Assembly (NCBI RefSeq): GCF_000217995.1
Contig: NC_015676.1
Span: 1,345,708 to 1,409,707 of the forward strand
DNA: 64,000 bases
Direction of reading: 5' to 3'
From: Methanosalsum zhilinae DSM 4017
Lineage (GTDB): Archaea; Halobacteriota; Methanosarcinia; Methanosarcinales; Methanosarcinaceae
Shown in pieces: positions 30,519 to 39,381 of this stretch; positions within the stretch are counted from its first letter, which is position 1; each line of letters begins with the position of its first letter. Made by a program: the position numbers and the translations under genes. The notes under the pieces are model-generated. The model did no database searches, was not told the origin of the DNA, and saw only the letters and a program-made list of their open reading frames with translations.

Positions 30519-31091
30519 TTACTCATTTTTTTCAATCTCAGAATTGATCTTTTTTGCTAGTTCATCCTGCTCAGAAGTTTCGCTACTAAGCTCTGCCAAA
30601 AGTTCAGACCTTAAAGAATCCTGCATGTCATTGAGTTCTTCACTACCTCCCATAGCTGCATCCATTGTAGTTGTCATCATTGTACTTGCAGTATTAACTT
30701 TATCCATCGACATACGGATGTTAGTAACAGCGCTTTCAAGCTTATCTGTATCAAATCCAAGTTGTTTTTGCCAATGACCTAGATCTTCTCCGATAGATAC
30801 CACTTCTTTAAGGCCCATTTGCATTTCTATAACATCTTTCATAGACTGAGCCATTTCAACCATGCTGCTTATGGTATTAACTTGTCCTTCCACCAAAGAA
30901 TATCTCCTTGACGCAACCCTGTACTCTCGGTCATTACCGCTAGCTAAAGCTTCTTTTGCTTCTTCACGCGCTTTTTTTTGTTTGGATTTAAGTTCCTTTT
31001 CTCTTGTGGTAAGTCTTTGCTCAGAAACTGCTAATTTTGTTTTAAGTTCATCAGGAGACACTTCTTTTTTGAAAGGGTTCTTAATATTCAT
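30519..31091 (-). CDS. ESCRT-III/Snf7-like (PspA/Vipp1/ESCRT-III superfamily) coiled-coil protein
   Basis: The 190-aa product has a basic N-terminus (KNPFKK...KELKSKQKKAREEAK) and a long helical hairpin. Its C-terminus is acidic (SEELNDMQDSLRSELLAELSSETSEQDELAKKINSEIEKNE) and resembles an MIM-like tail. It lies immediately upstream of the MIT-AAA ATPase. Confidence 0.5.
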   Translation of the reverse strand: MNIKNPFKKEVSPDELKTKLAVSEQRLTTREKELKSKQKKAREEAKEALASGNDREYRVASRRYSLVEGQVNTISSMVEMAQSMKDVIEMQMGLKEVVSIGEDLGHWQKQLGFDTDKLESAVTNIRMSMDKVNTASTMMTTTMDAAMGGSEELNDMQDSLRSELLAELSSETSEQDELAKKINSEIEKNE

Positions 31092-31246
31092 TACATCTCA
31101 TCCTCCATTTTGTTCTGTTTTGCATATCTTATGCAAATTTTTAGAGCCTCTGAACGGTTGATAGCTATTCCCATTTCCACTAATTTATCAAGATAATCCT
31201 TACTATCTTCTGAGACTCTTGCACTAACTGGATATGATCTACCCAT
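31091..31246 (-). CDS. Ribbon-helix-helix (CopG/Arc-like) small DNA-binding protein
   Basis: A beta-strand (RSYPVSARVSEDSKDYLDKL) is followed by helices (GIAINRSEALKICIRYAK). The likely start is the internal Met, which would make the ORF-track start at 31294 over-extended. The stop overlaps the start of the ESCRT-III-like gene. Confidence 0.45.
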   Translation of the reverse strand: MGRSYPVSARVSEDSKDYLDKLVEMGIAINRSEALKICIRYAKQNKMEDEM

Positions 31247-31342
31247 ATTTCTCACATTTAAATTTTTGTACCTACTGTATACAATGGAAAACATTATATA
31301 TAATACTTACTAAATAATTATATCAAGTATATTCATTTTAAG

Positions 31343-32644
31343 GTGGTATTGTTAATAATGACATTCAAATGGCAACGTGACAAGGATGAAGTCGCGAGAC
31401 TTATTCCTAAAAAAATAGTTAAAGGGATTTTCAATAAACAGATTATACTGTCACCAAATGAAAGAGCTGTTCTTGTCAAAAATGGAGTAGTACAGGAGAC
31501 AATCACTGATGGTAAGCTAAGTATTGGTGGCTTGCTCAACTTTAGGTCAATTGGAAAAGATATTGATATTGTGTTATTAGACATTAGTCCAAAAGATATC
31601 TCATGGGAAAAAGAAGAGTTATGGACTGCAGATTCTCATAAGGTCAACTGTAAAGGTATACTAAGGCTCAGGATAATAGATCCTACAAAAACTTTCAAGA
31701 TGCTTTATGGTCATATGGTTGCTGAAAGTGATAATGGAAAATCATTATCAACTAAAGATATCTATACTGTCTTCGAAAGTGAATTGCTTTCACATGTACT
31801 TGAACCTGAAGTGAGAGCCTTAAATGCCCAGGAACTTTATGGTAATAAAGACATACAAGTAAAGATGGAGAGCGAGCTTGAAGTAAAACTTAAATCAACT
31901 CTATCTCTATGGGGTCTTGAGCTTCTCAAATATAATCTACAATGGGACCTTGGTACCTATGAAGATATCATGCATGCAAACCAAGAGTTTCAAGTAAAAG
32001 AAGAAATTGATGAACTTGAGACTCTTGCTGTCGAGGGTGAAGCTGAAAGAACTGGAAGGCTGAATGTAGCTCGGATTCGAGCTGACCAAGCACTTTCTAG
32101 TGAAAAAAACAATTTTGTACGTGATCAGAAATATAAAGATGTTAGATCTCAAGTAGGTATTGAGAAAATGCAGTTCGAAGCTGATATACAACAAGCAAGA
32201 GAAGCTATCGCATTAAAAGAGGAGCTAAAACTTGCAAAAACTCGAGGTAAAAGGACAGAACTTGAAGTCGATCAAGATATGAGAGACCGTGAGCATGGTA
32301 GAGATCTTGAGTATTTGAGTAAACTCGCTGAAGCCGGTGGTCCCGAAGTAGCTAAGACTGTTAGTGAGGGTAGAGAGTTAAGTAGAATGACAGCAGAACA
32401 AATCGAAGCAATTGCTAAAGTAAAACAGAGTGAAGTCTTAGCTAGAGAGAATAAAATCGAGTTTATGAAAGAGGTAGAAGACCGTGAACGCATGAATTCA
32501 TACAGGCGCCAGGAACTCGATGCTGCAATGATGTCTGCTGCAAATAGCAATGATAAGTATATAATTTCTAAAAAATGCTATGAATGTGGTACAAGAATAT
32601 CTTCAGATGCAAGATTTTGTAGCCAATGTGGGAGAACACTCTAA
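31343..32644 (+). CDS. SPFH/band-7 (flotillin/stomatin-like) protein with coiled-coil and a C-terminal zinc ribbon
   Basis: The SPFH core reads ERAVLVKNGVVQ...LRLRIIDPTKTFKML...TKDIYTVFESELLSHVLEPEVRALNAQELYGNKDIQ...LWGLELLKYNL. A long charged coiled coil follows, then CYECGTRISSDARFCSQCG. An alternative start lies at 31358. Confidence 0.6.
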   Translation: MVLLIMTFKWQRDKDEVARLIPKKIVKGIFNKQIILSPNERAVLVKNGVVQETITDGKLSIGGLLNFRSIGKDIDIVLLDISPKDISWEKEELWTADSHKVNCKGILRLRIIDPTKTFKMLYGHMVAESDNGKSLSTKDIYTVFESELLSHVLEPEVRALNAQELYGNKDIQVKMESELEVKLKSTLSLWGLELLKYNLQWDLGTYEDIMHANQEFQVKEEIDELETLAVEGEAERTGRLNVARIRADQALSSEKNNFVRDQKYKDVRSQVGIEKMQFEADIQQAREAIALKEELKLAKTRGKRTELEVDQDMRDREHGRDLEYLSKLAEAGGPEVAKTVSEGRELSRMTAEQIEAIAKVKQSEVLARENKIEFMKEVEDRERMNSYRRQELDAAMMSAANSNDKYIISKKCYECGTRISSDARFCSQCGRTL

Positions 32645-33056
32645 AAATATTTATATAATTAAATTGTTTTATTTTTTAACTCAAAGAAATTAAGATTTTG
32701 ATTCATTTATCAGTATCATTTATTATTCCTTATATATAAAAATAAATTAAATTGTAGTGAAGGCTTAAACTAGATTGATATGATTAAAGATGCAAATGAA
32801 AATAACCCTTTAAGCAACAGGACATAATAAGTTATAAAGTGATGACGAATTATCATTTTAATAAATACATAGATTGTGTCACCATTTTGCTGTAAACTCT
32901 TCTGTCTTTCACTTTACTTAACTAGTCAATATTTATCTGTACGTATCTATACTTAGAGCTTGGATTACTGATAGAGTAGTTCTTTTTTAAATTTAAGGAA
33001 ATCGAACTATTCCAAAATATACTTATAGTCTGAAACTATCTACTTTTAGAAACAAA

Positions 33057-34943
33057 ATGACAGATATTGACATTAAAAGAGGTTATGAGATTTTAACTGA
33101 TAATAGTTTAAGGTTAGGTATTCGTATAACTAACAACACTAATTCAGTTATTAATAAAGTGCAAGTACTACTTGACTATAACGACTCTTTATTTCAGCTC
33201 ATAGGTGAACGATTTCAGAGTGTTGATAGTATTCCCCCAACTGTTCCTAGAACACTCGAATTTATTCTGAAACCAATTGGATGTGTTCATAAAGAATATA
33301 TTGAAGCCACCATTACATATCGTGATCAAGAATGGAAAAAGCATATCTTGACGATGGAACCTAAAGAAATTCATTGTGTATGCCCATTCTTACGAGCAAA
33401 ACCAATGTCAACTTCTAAATTCCTAGAAATATTTTCTACAGGAACTTCGGTTGATAAAGGATTGAACATTGATGGGATTGGTATAGATAAGATTAGATCT
33501 ATGTTCATGGAAACATGTAATAATCGGTTATACCAGGTTGCAGAGCGCAATATAGAAGACGGAAAAATCTTATATTTATCTAGCGAGTCCATTGGTGAGA
33601 AAGCAACTTATCTGCTTACTGTTTTGATTAAAGAAAATTCGGGTATTACTCAGGTAATGTTAAGGGCAGTTTCAGATAAAGAGCATGGATTGCATGGATT
33701 TGTTAATGAGATTATCACAGAAATACAACATTTAATATCTACACAAAATTCTGCAAAAGAGATTGGCCATATTAAGAACGAACAGGTAATAAACATTATA
33801 GATTCTGTTGTTCAAAGGAGTAATTTTGAAACCCGCGACAATAAAAAGAATATTAATGTCGAAGAGAGCATAATTCAAAGCAGTTCTTTTACAGGCCTTC
33901 CAAGTAAATCCAATTTTTCTGGAATGGAAGATATTAGTCTACATATGGATAAACCAGTAAAAAATGAAGATAATATAAATGCACTTTCTTCCCAAAAAGA
34001 ATATGCAAATTACTCTTCAAAAAGAGGTTTGTCTTTAAAAGATTCAGGCAAATCAATAATTCCTTATATAGGTGCAATTGGACTTATATTGGTATCTTCA
34101 ATTGTTTTTATTTCTTTCATGGGTTTTGAGCCTGTATCTGATGTAGATGTGAGTTCAAATTTAATGGCTCAAGAAAAAGATATGTCAGCTACAATTGGAT
34201 ATGTTACATGGGATGGAGAAGTTGCAAGTACAAATGTAATGAAGCAGGTACTTGAACAGGCAGGATATGATGTAGAGATCATAGCTGTGGATGCAGGACC
34301 TCTTTATCAGGGACTTGCACAGGGCCAGTTTGACTTTACCACCTCAGCATGGCTTCCACATACCCACGGTCACTACATGGACCAGTATGGTGACAACTTT
34401 GTAGAAGTATCCACAAATCTTGAAGGCTGTAAGATCGGTCTTGTGGTACCTCAATATGTAACTATTGATTCAATCGAAGAGATGAACGATGTAGTCGATG
34501 AGTTTGATGGAAGGATTGTGGGTATTGAACCAGGTGCCGGTATTATGACCGCAACCGAGAATGCAATTGATGTATATGATCTTGAATATGAACTTGTGGC
34601 AAGCAGCAGTGCAGGCATGGCTGCAGAACTCAGGACCGCAGTAGCCAATGATGAATGGGTTGTTGTTACCGGCTGGAGCCCTCACTGGAAATTTGACCGC
34701 TGGGAACTGAAATACCTTGAGGACCCAGAACTGGTCTATGGTGAGGAAGAATATGTTGCAACCCTTGCACGTGCAGGACTCCAGGAAGATAAACCAGAAC
34801 TCTATGACATAATATCAAGATTCTACTGGACCCAGGATGATATCCAGTCTGTTATGATGGATATTGAAGAGGGAATGGCTCCTGAGGATGCTGCTGCAAA
34901 GTGGGTGCGAGAAAATTCTCATAAAGTTAATAGATGGATATGA
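33057..34943 (+). CDS. Paralogue 2: N-terminal uncharacterised domain, single TM, and C-terminal OpuAC-like glycine-betaine-type solute-binding domain
   Basis: The N-terminus (MTDIDIKRGYEIL...HCVCPFL...IIDSVVQRSNF...VEESIIQSSSF) is shared with the 35044 and 26606 proteins. The TM helix is IPYIGAIGLILVSSIVFISFMGF. The C-terminal ~280 aa resemble ABC glycine betaine/proline SBPs (GYVTWDGEVASTNVMKQVLEQAGYDVEI...WLPHTHG...GIEPGAGIM). Confidence 0.6.
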   Translation: MTDIDIKRGYEILTDNSLRLGIRITNNTNSVINKVQVLLDYNDSLFQLIGERFQSVDSIPPTVPRTLEFILKPIGCVHKEYIEATITYRDQEWKKHILTMEPKEIHCVCPFLRAKPMSTSKFLEIFSTGTSVDKGLNIDGIGIDKIRSMFMETCNNRLYQVAERNIEDGKILYLSSESIGEKATYLLTVLIKENSGITQVMLRAVSDKEHGLHGFVNEIITEIQHLISTQNSAKEIGHIKNEQVINIIDSVVQRSNFETRDNKKNINVEESIIQSSSFTGLPSKSNFSGMEDISLHMDKPVKNEDNINALSSQKEYANYSSKRGLSLKDSGKSIIPYIGAIGLILVSSIVFISFMGFEPVSDVDVSSNLMAQEKDMSATIGYVTWDGEVASTNVMKQVLEQAGYDVEIIAVDAGPLYQGLAQGQFDFTTSAWLPHTHGHYMDQYGDNFVEVSTNLEGCKIGLVVPQYVTIDSIEEMNDVVDEFDGRIVGIEPGAGIMTATENAIDVYDLEYELVASSSAGMAAELRTAVANDEWVVVTGWSPHWKFDRWELKYLEDPELVYGEEEYVATLARAGLQEDKPELYDIISRFYWTQDDIQSVMMDIEEGMAPEDAAAKWVRENSHKVNRWI

Positions 34944-35043
34944 TATTATTTCAAAACCTAATTACATTAACATGCATCCTCACAGTTATTAAATAAAATT
35001 AAATAATATCAATCCTAAATAAATTTTAGAGTTAATCATATAT

Positions 35044-36693
35044 TTGGAGAAATCCATGGCGGATATTGATATTAAAAGAGGGTATGAGATACTGCCAGAC
35101 AACAGTATCAAATTTGGAATTAGAGTCACTAACAATACGGTAACTACTATTTCTGAAGTTGAAACTATTTTGGATTACTCGGAAGAACTTTTTAAATTAG
35201 AGGGGGTCAAAATTAAACGGTTAGGTCAGCTTCCACCAAAATCTGAACGTACTGCTATATTTATCTTAAAACCATTAACATGCATTCATAATGAAAAAAT
35301 CACGGCAACCGTTCTTTACAAAGATTCTAAGTGGGAACTGAACGTTGAAAAGATGAAAAGTAAATGTGTTGATTGCGTTTGTCCTTTTCTAAAAGAGAAA
35401 CAATTAAGCCGAAAACATTTCATTGAAAAAAACTCACATGGAAAATCACTAAAACAATATCTTTATTTTAAAGGCATTTCTACCTCTCACCTGATCTCAC
35501 TATTAAACGATGTTTGTGCTAATCGCTTATATAAAATTGAAGAATTTGAATTCAATGATGGGATAATGGTATATTATTCTGCCGAGTCAATCAGTGATAA
35601 TGTAGATTATCTATTAACAGTTTTTGTAAAAAATATAGATGATCTTTGCGTAGTATACTTTAAAGCAGCATCAAATAAAGAGCATGGTTTATCAGGCTTC
35701 TTGAGCGAGATCTCATCAGAACTTAATCAAGTTGTTAGTACTGTAAAAAGTGCACAGGAAATTAGCTTTGTAAAAAAAGAAAATATAATCAACATTAAAG
35801 ATTCTGTAATTCAACGAACAAATTTCAATAATAATCAGGATGTTTCAAATCTATGCATAGAAGATAGTGTTATACAAAACACTCATTTTTCTTCAACTAA
35901 ACCTTCTAATAGCATAGACAATGAATATACAAGTCCCTTCGAATCCATTGAATCAGAAAACTCTGGCACAAATAGTGAATATTTTAGCGAAAAAAAGAGA
36001 GCAAATAATTTTGACAATAAAAAAACTTTTTTTTCAATATTCTTTCTACTTGTTATAATTTTGTCCATGGTACCTTTATTCGAAACCACATACGAAGTAA
36101 AAAAACCGATCTACACAACTGAAACATATATCAGTACTGAGCCACAAGAAAAAATCGAAACTTACATAGAACAAGAACCTTATGAAGTTTTAGAACAAGA
36201 TTCGCGTACTATAGTTGATGAAAAAAGAACAGTTAGACCTGGTTACTATCTTTATTTTAAAAGATATATAGATAGTGATAGCAAAGTTAAAAATACTATC
36301 ACTGGCAAAATTGTTGAAACTGCAGGCTATGATATAAATTTTTTTGTTTTCGATGAAACTAATTTTAAAAATTGGGCAAGTGGCTCTTCTTCTTCAAGGT
36401 ACGTTAGTGCTACAAGAGTTAGTTCACATAATTTCCAATTTACTCCAAAGCAATCTGGGAACTATTATTTTGTCTTAGATAATCGATATTCATGGTTCAC
36501 TAATAAAGTTCCTGAGATTACGGTTGAATGGAAATATGAGCACATTTTAACAAAATATCGAGATGTTGAAAGAGAAAGAACAATAATAGAATATGTAGAT
36601 GTTGAGAAAGAGAGGGAAGTCACAAAATATGTTGCTGTTCAAGATAAGAAAAAGGCAAATTTAATTGAACTCTTAGTCGCTCATGATTGGTAA
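35044..36693 (+). CDS. Paralogue 3: N-terminal uncharacterised domain, single TM, and C-terminal beta-rich ectodomain
   Basis: The N-terminus reads MADIDIKRGYEILPDNSIKFGIRVTNNT...DCVCPFL...IKDSVIQRTNF...IEDSVIQNTHF. The TM helix is FFSIFFLLVIILSMVPLF, and the C-terminal region is Tyr/Thr-rich. The start is probably at 35056. Confidence 0.5.
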   Translation: MEKSMADIDIKRGYEILPDNSIKFGIRVTNNTVTTISEVETILDYSEELFKLEGVKIKRLGQLPPKSERTAIFILKPLTCIHNEKITATVLYKDSKWELNVEKMKSKCVDCVCPFLKEKQLSRKHFIEKNSHGKSLKQYLYFKGISTSHLISLLNDVCANRLYKIEEFEFNDGIMVYYSAESISDNVDYLLTVFVKNIDDLCVVYFKAASNKEHGLSGFLSEISSELNQVVSTVKSAQEISFVKKENIINIKDSVIQRTNFNNNQDVSNLCIEDSVIQNTHFSSTKPSNSIDNEYTSPFESIESENSGTNSEYFSEKKRANNFDNKKTFFSIFFLLVIILSMVPLFETTYEVKKPIYTTETYISTEPQEKIETYIEQEPYEVLEQDSRTIVDEKRTVRPGYYLYFKRYIDSDSKVKNTITGKIVETAGYDINFFVFDETNFKNWASGSSSSRYVSATRVSSHNFQFTPKQSGNYYFVLDNRYSWFTNKVPEITVEWKYEHILTKYRDVERERTIIEYVDVEKEREVTKYVAVQDKKKANLIELLVAHDW

Positions 36694-37276
36694 GATAGTC
36701 CAACATGAATCCGTATAGAGTTTTATATCAAATTTTTTTATATGCTTATAATTTGTAGATGTTAGATGTTGTATGCTTCACTTTGTGTTGCAAAAAGCGT
36801 ATCTGGAGTTTTGAGAGTAGTTCCTACTAAAGAAAACATAAGTTGGGCACAAAAATATTTCCCCTGTTTGACTTTGAGATGTACGCCCGCAAAAATGGTT
36901 CTTTTTTTTTGAAAGAAAGTATGGAGAAGATATTAAGTTCAGAAAATTTTGAAGTCAGGTAAAAAATCAAATGCAAAATAATAATATCGAAAGGCACAAC
37001 TGATTTTATAATTGTTATCCAAATAAGCACATCTACTGAGCTTTAATTTGCATCCTTCACATATTTTACATTCATTTTGTCAAATCAAACATTACTCTAA
37101 GTGTCCAAAATATTATAAGAAATATTGACAATAATGGGAAGGCGAAAAATAAATAATGCCTCATTATACAGGTTTGACGGTTTTAAACTAATTTTAAATA
37201 GAATTTCTTCTAGCATATTTCAAATTTTCATTTTCTTGCCAAATAAACTTATTTAAACTGTGGGTTTCGGGTTAAA

Positions 37277-38008
37277 TCATATCTTCATAAAATACTTAAT
37301 ATACCAATTATCCTCAATATCATAATATCCGATACAAACAGATTCTAAATTTTTGAAACTGATTCTATTAAGCATGTTCTGGATTTGCGTTAAAGAAACC
37401 TCTGTTTCCTTATCATACAAAAATATGATTCTGGGTAGTATATGTCCGTGGTAATTCTTTATTATCATTTCTTCAAAGGACTTGTCAAATCTCTTTACTT
37501 TGTCAATTACAGTTTCGGGTGTTGTTTTGGTTTCAAATTCAATTATATTAGTTATTGAGAAGGCTGAATTTGTATTTGGATCATGCAGACAATATATTAT
37601 ATCAGGCAATATCAATCTTGACTCTCTTGTGCATGGATATGGTAGGCTGTTACTTCCCATTACTTTTTTCCAGTCCAGTTGATTGGATTTTTTAGTAACG
37701 GTTTTCCTGATTTTATCAAGCGCGTCATTGTGGGACAATTGTTTTGTAGTACAATCTTTGTATCCTTCACTACCATTTAATGTAATTGTAGCTTTGTGTG
37801 TCAGGCACTCCCTTTTCAATGAATGTGGACGATTGTGCTTTAGACACCAAAAATATTGTGGAGTTTCGGAATTTGTCTGATCTAAATCAATGTATTGTTT
37901 GTGATCCTCCCAAGTTTTCTTTTTTGGTCTGTGCCATGCTACCTTATGTTCTGTACTACATAACGAACAAGAATAATACATTTTTTTATTTAATTCCATG
38001 TTAATCAT
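37277..38008 (-). CDS. Hypothetical protein, possible PD-(D/E)xK-like nuclease
   Basis: This 243-aa ORF has an N-terminal CxxC and a weak D...E-x-K-like pattern (LPDIIYCLHD...IIEFETK). No solid motif is present. Confidence 0.3.
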   Translation of the reverse strand: MINMELNKKMYYSCSLCSTEHKVAWHRPKKKTWEDHKQYIDLDQTNSETPQYFWCLKHNRPHSLKRECLTHKATITLNGSEGYKDCTTKQLSHNDALDKIRKTVTKKSNQLDWKKVMGSNSLPYPCTRESRLILPDIIYCLHDPNTNSAFSITNIIEFETKTTPETVIDKVKRFDKSFEEMIIKNYHGHILPRIIFLYDKETEVSLTQIQNMLNRISFKNLESVCIGYYDIEDNWYIKYFMKI

Positions 38009-38014
38009 CTTCTT

Positions 38015-38560
38015 TTATTGAGCAAAGTATTCTTTTAAGCGATACATTGTTACATAGTCTAAGTATTCCACATTATCATATTTTGCACATTCATCAATCA
38101 TTAACTGGGATGTTGTATCCTGAATTCCGACTACAACGATTTGTTTTTGTAGTTTATACATGGAAATATGACGGACAACAGGAACGAAATCTTTATCTCC
38201 ACTCACCAAAAAAAATGTGTTGATATGCGGCTGTTCATACAATATTTTTAACATATCGCAAATAATCATTGGGTCTGCAAGACTTTTTTTATCTCCACCA
38301 GGAATTTCAAAAGATGGAGCATATTCAGTCTTGATACCTTTTAAGTAAAGATTGTATTGTAGACTACGATTATGTTTGCGTGTAGTATCTAAGTATAGAT
38401 TGCTTAACACAATATGGCCATATTTTTTAGCTTCATCTACTATAATGTCAAAGTCACAGTATGTGTTGATAGCTTCATGTGACCCAATGTTAATATTGTC
38501 ATAATCAATGAACATGGCGACATTTGATCCATCTGTTTCTGAGCTAGCCATTTGGATCAC
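38015..38560 (-). CDS. NYN-domain (LabA/DUF88-like, PIN-fold) putative RNase
   Basis: An N-terminal VAMFIDYDNI motif and downstream FLVSGDKDFVPVV match the NYN acidic-residue pattern. Its start overlaps the stop of the upstream gene by 4 nt. Confidence 0.6.
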   Translation of the reverse strand: MIQMASSETDGSNVAMFIDYDNINIGSHEAINTYCDFDIIVDEAKKYGHIVLSNLYLDTTRKHNRSLQYNLYLKGIKTEYAPSFEIPGGDKKSLADPMIICDMLKILYEQPHINTFFLVSGDKDFVPVVRHISMYKLQKQIVVVGIQDTTSQLMIDECAKYDNVEYLDYVTMYRLKEYFAQ

Positions 38561-39381
38561 TCCAATTGTGGATTTGAATCAAAATAATTCCTACATGTTT
38601 CAGCAATGAATTCTTTCCTTGATTTATTATCTCTGGCTAATTCAATGACCGATGAAAGTGGCATAGGCATTGACAATGTGATAACTTCGGACTGCTTTAC
38701 CCGTATTTTAAGCATTTCTGCAAGCATCCTGGAAATTGAACATATTATGTCATATATTTCAAGTTCATGCGAATAAATTGCCGAATTTTGATAGTCATCA
38801 TTAGAAAGAGATTTTCTGACCAAGTTTGCCTTTTCATTTGCATCAAAAGAATCCGGAAGTAAATCACTATTAGAAACTAAAGTGTCATAAATGATTTTTT
38901 GTACATCTTCTAAGTATTCCAAGTTAGTACCTTGGAAAAAAAGACCATCATTTATAATCTCAATTCCATAGGTACCCAGGTCTAAAATTCTACCATTATC
39001 GCTTAAAACATCATTAAATATAGATTTAAATTCGGATGCATAATCACTTAATTTATATATTTCCTCAAAAAACAAATCATATGCATCGCCACCATACATA
39101 GAATCATTCAAATAACTATCAATAAGTCTATTACTATCAATGGAATCATCGTACAGAGCATCAAAAAAATCTTCTACCTCATCTAAATCTTCCAGAATGA
39201 AAAAACCAATTTCATATTCTATAGTGCACGTACTATTTTCAGAAGTAAGGTCAAAGACACAGTAGGCATATTGCTCAGTAAAGTTGCCATCAACGATGCG
39301 AATCAATTTATCAGTTAGGTTTACAGCATCTTTTTTGTCTATACCTCTCTCAGAACATTCTTTGAGGAAGAGTTCTCTCAT
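38557..39381 (-). CDS. Acidic hypothetical protein translationally coupled to the NYN nuclease
   Basis: The 274-aa product is Asp/Glu-rich and shares an ATGA overlap with the NYN gene. It has no known motif. Confidence 0.4.
   Translation of the reverse strand: MRELFLKECSERGIDKKDAVNLTDKLIRIVDGNFTEQYAYCVFDLTSENSTCTIEYEIGFFILEDLDEVEDFFDALYDDSIDSNRLIDSYLNDSMYGGDAYDLFFEEIYKLSDYASEFKSIFNDVLSDNGRILDLGTYGIEIINDGLFFQGTNLEYLEDVQKIIYDTLVSNSDLLPDSFDANEKANLVRKSLSNDDYQNSAIYSHELEIYDIICSISRMLAEMLKIRVKQSEVITLSMPMPLSSVIELARDNKSRKEFIAETCRNYFDSNPQLE

Noticed and set aside
36694-37276. ~580-bp non-coding gap after the third paralogue, and the ~470-bp gap at 39382-39853.
   Set aside because: Both are AT-rich with only homopolymer runs. 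There is no tRNA-like cloverleaf, no repeat structure and no convincing terminator or promoter beyond generic A/T tracts.
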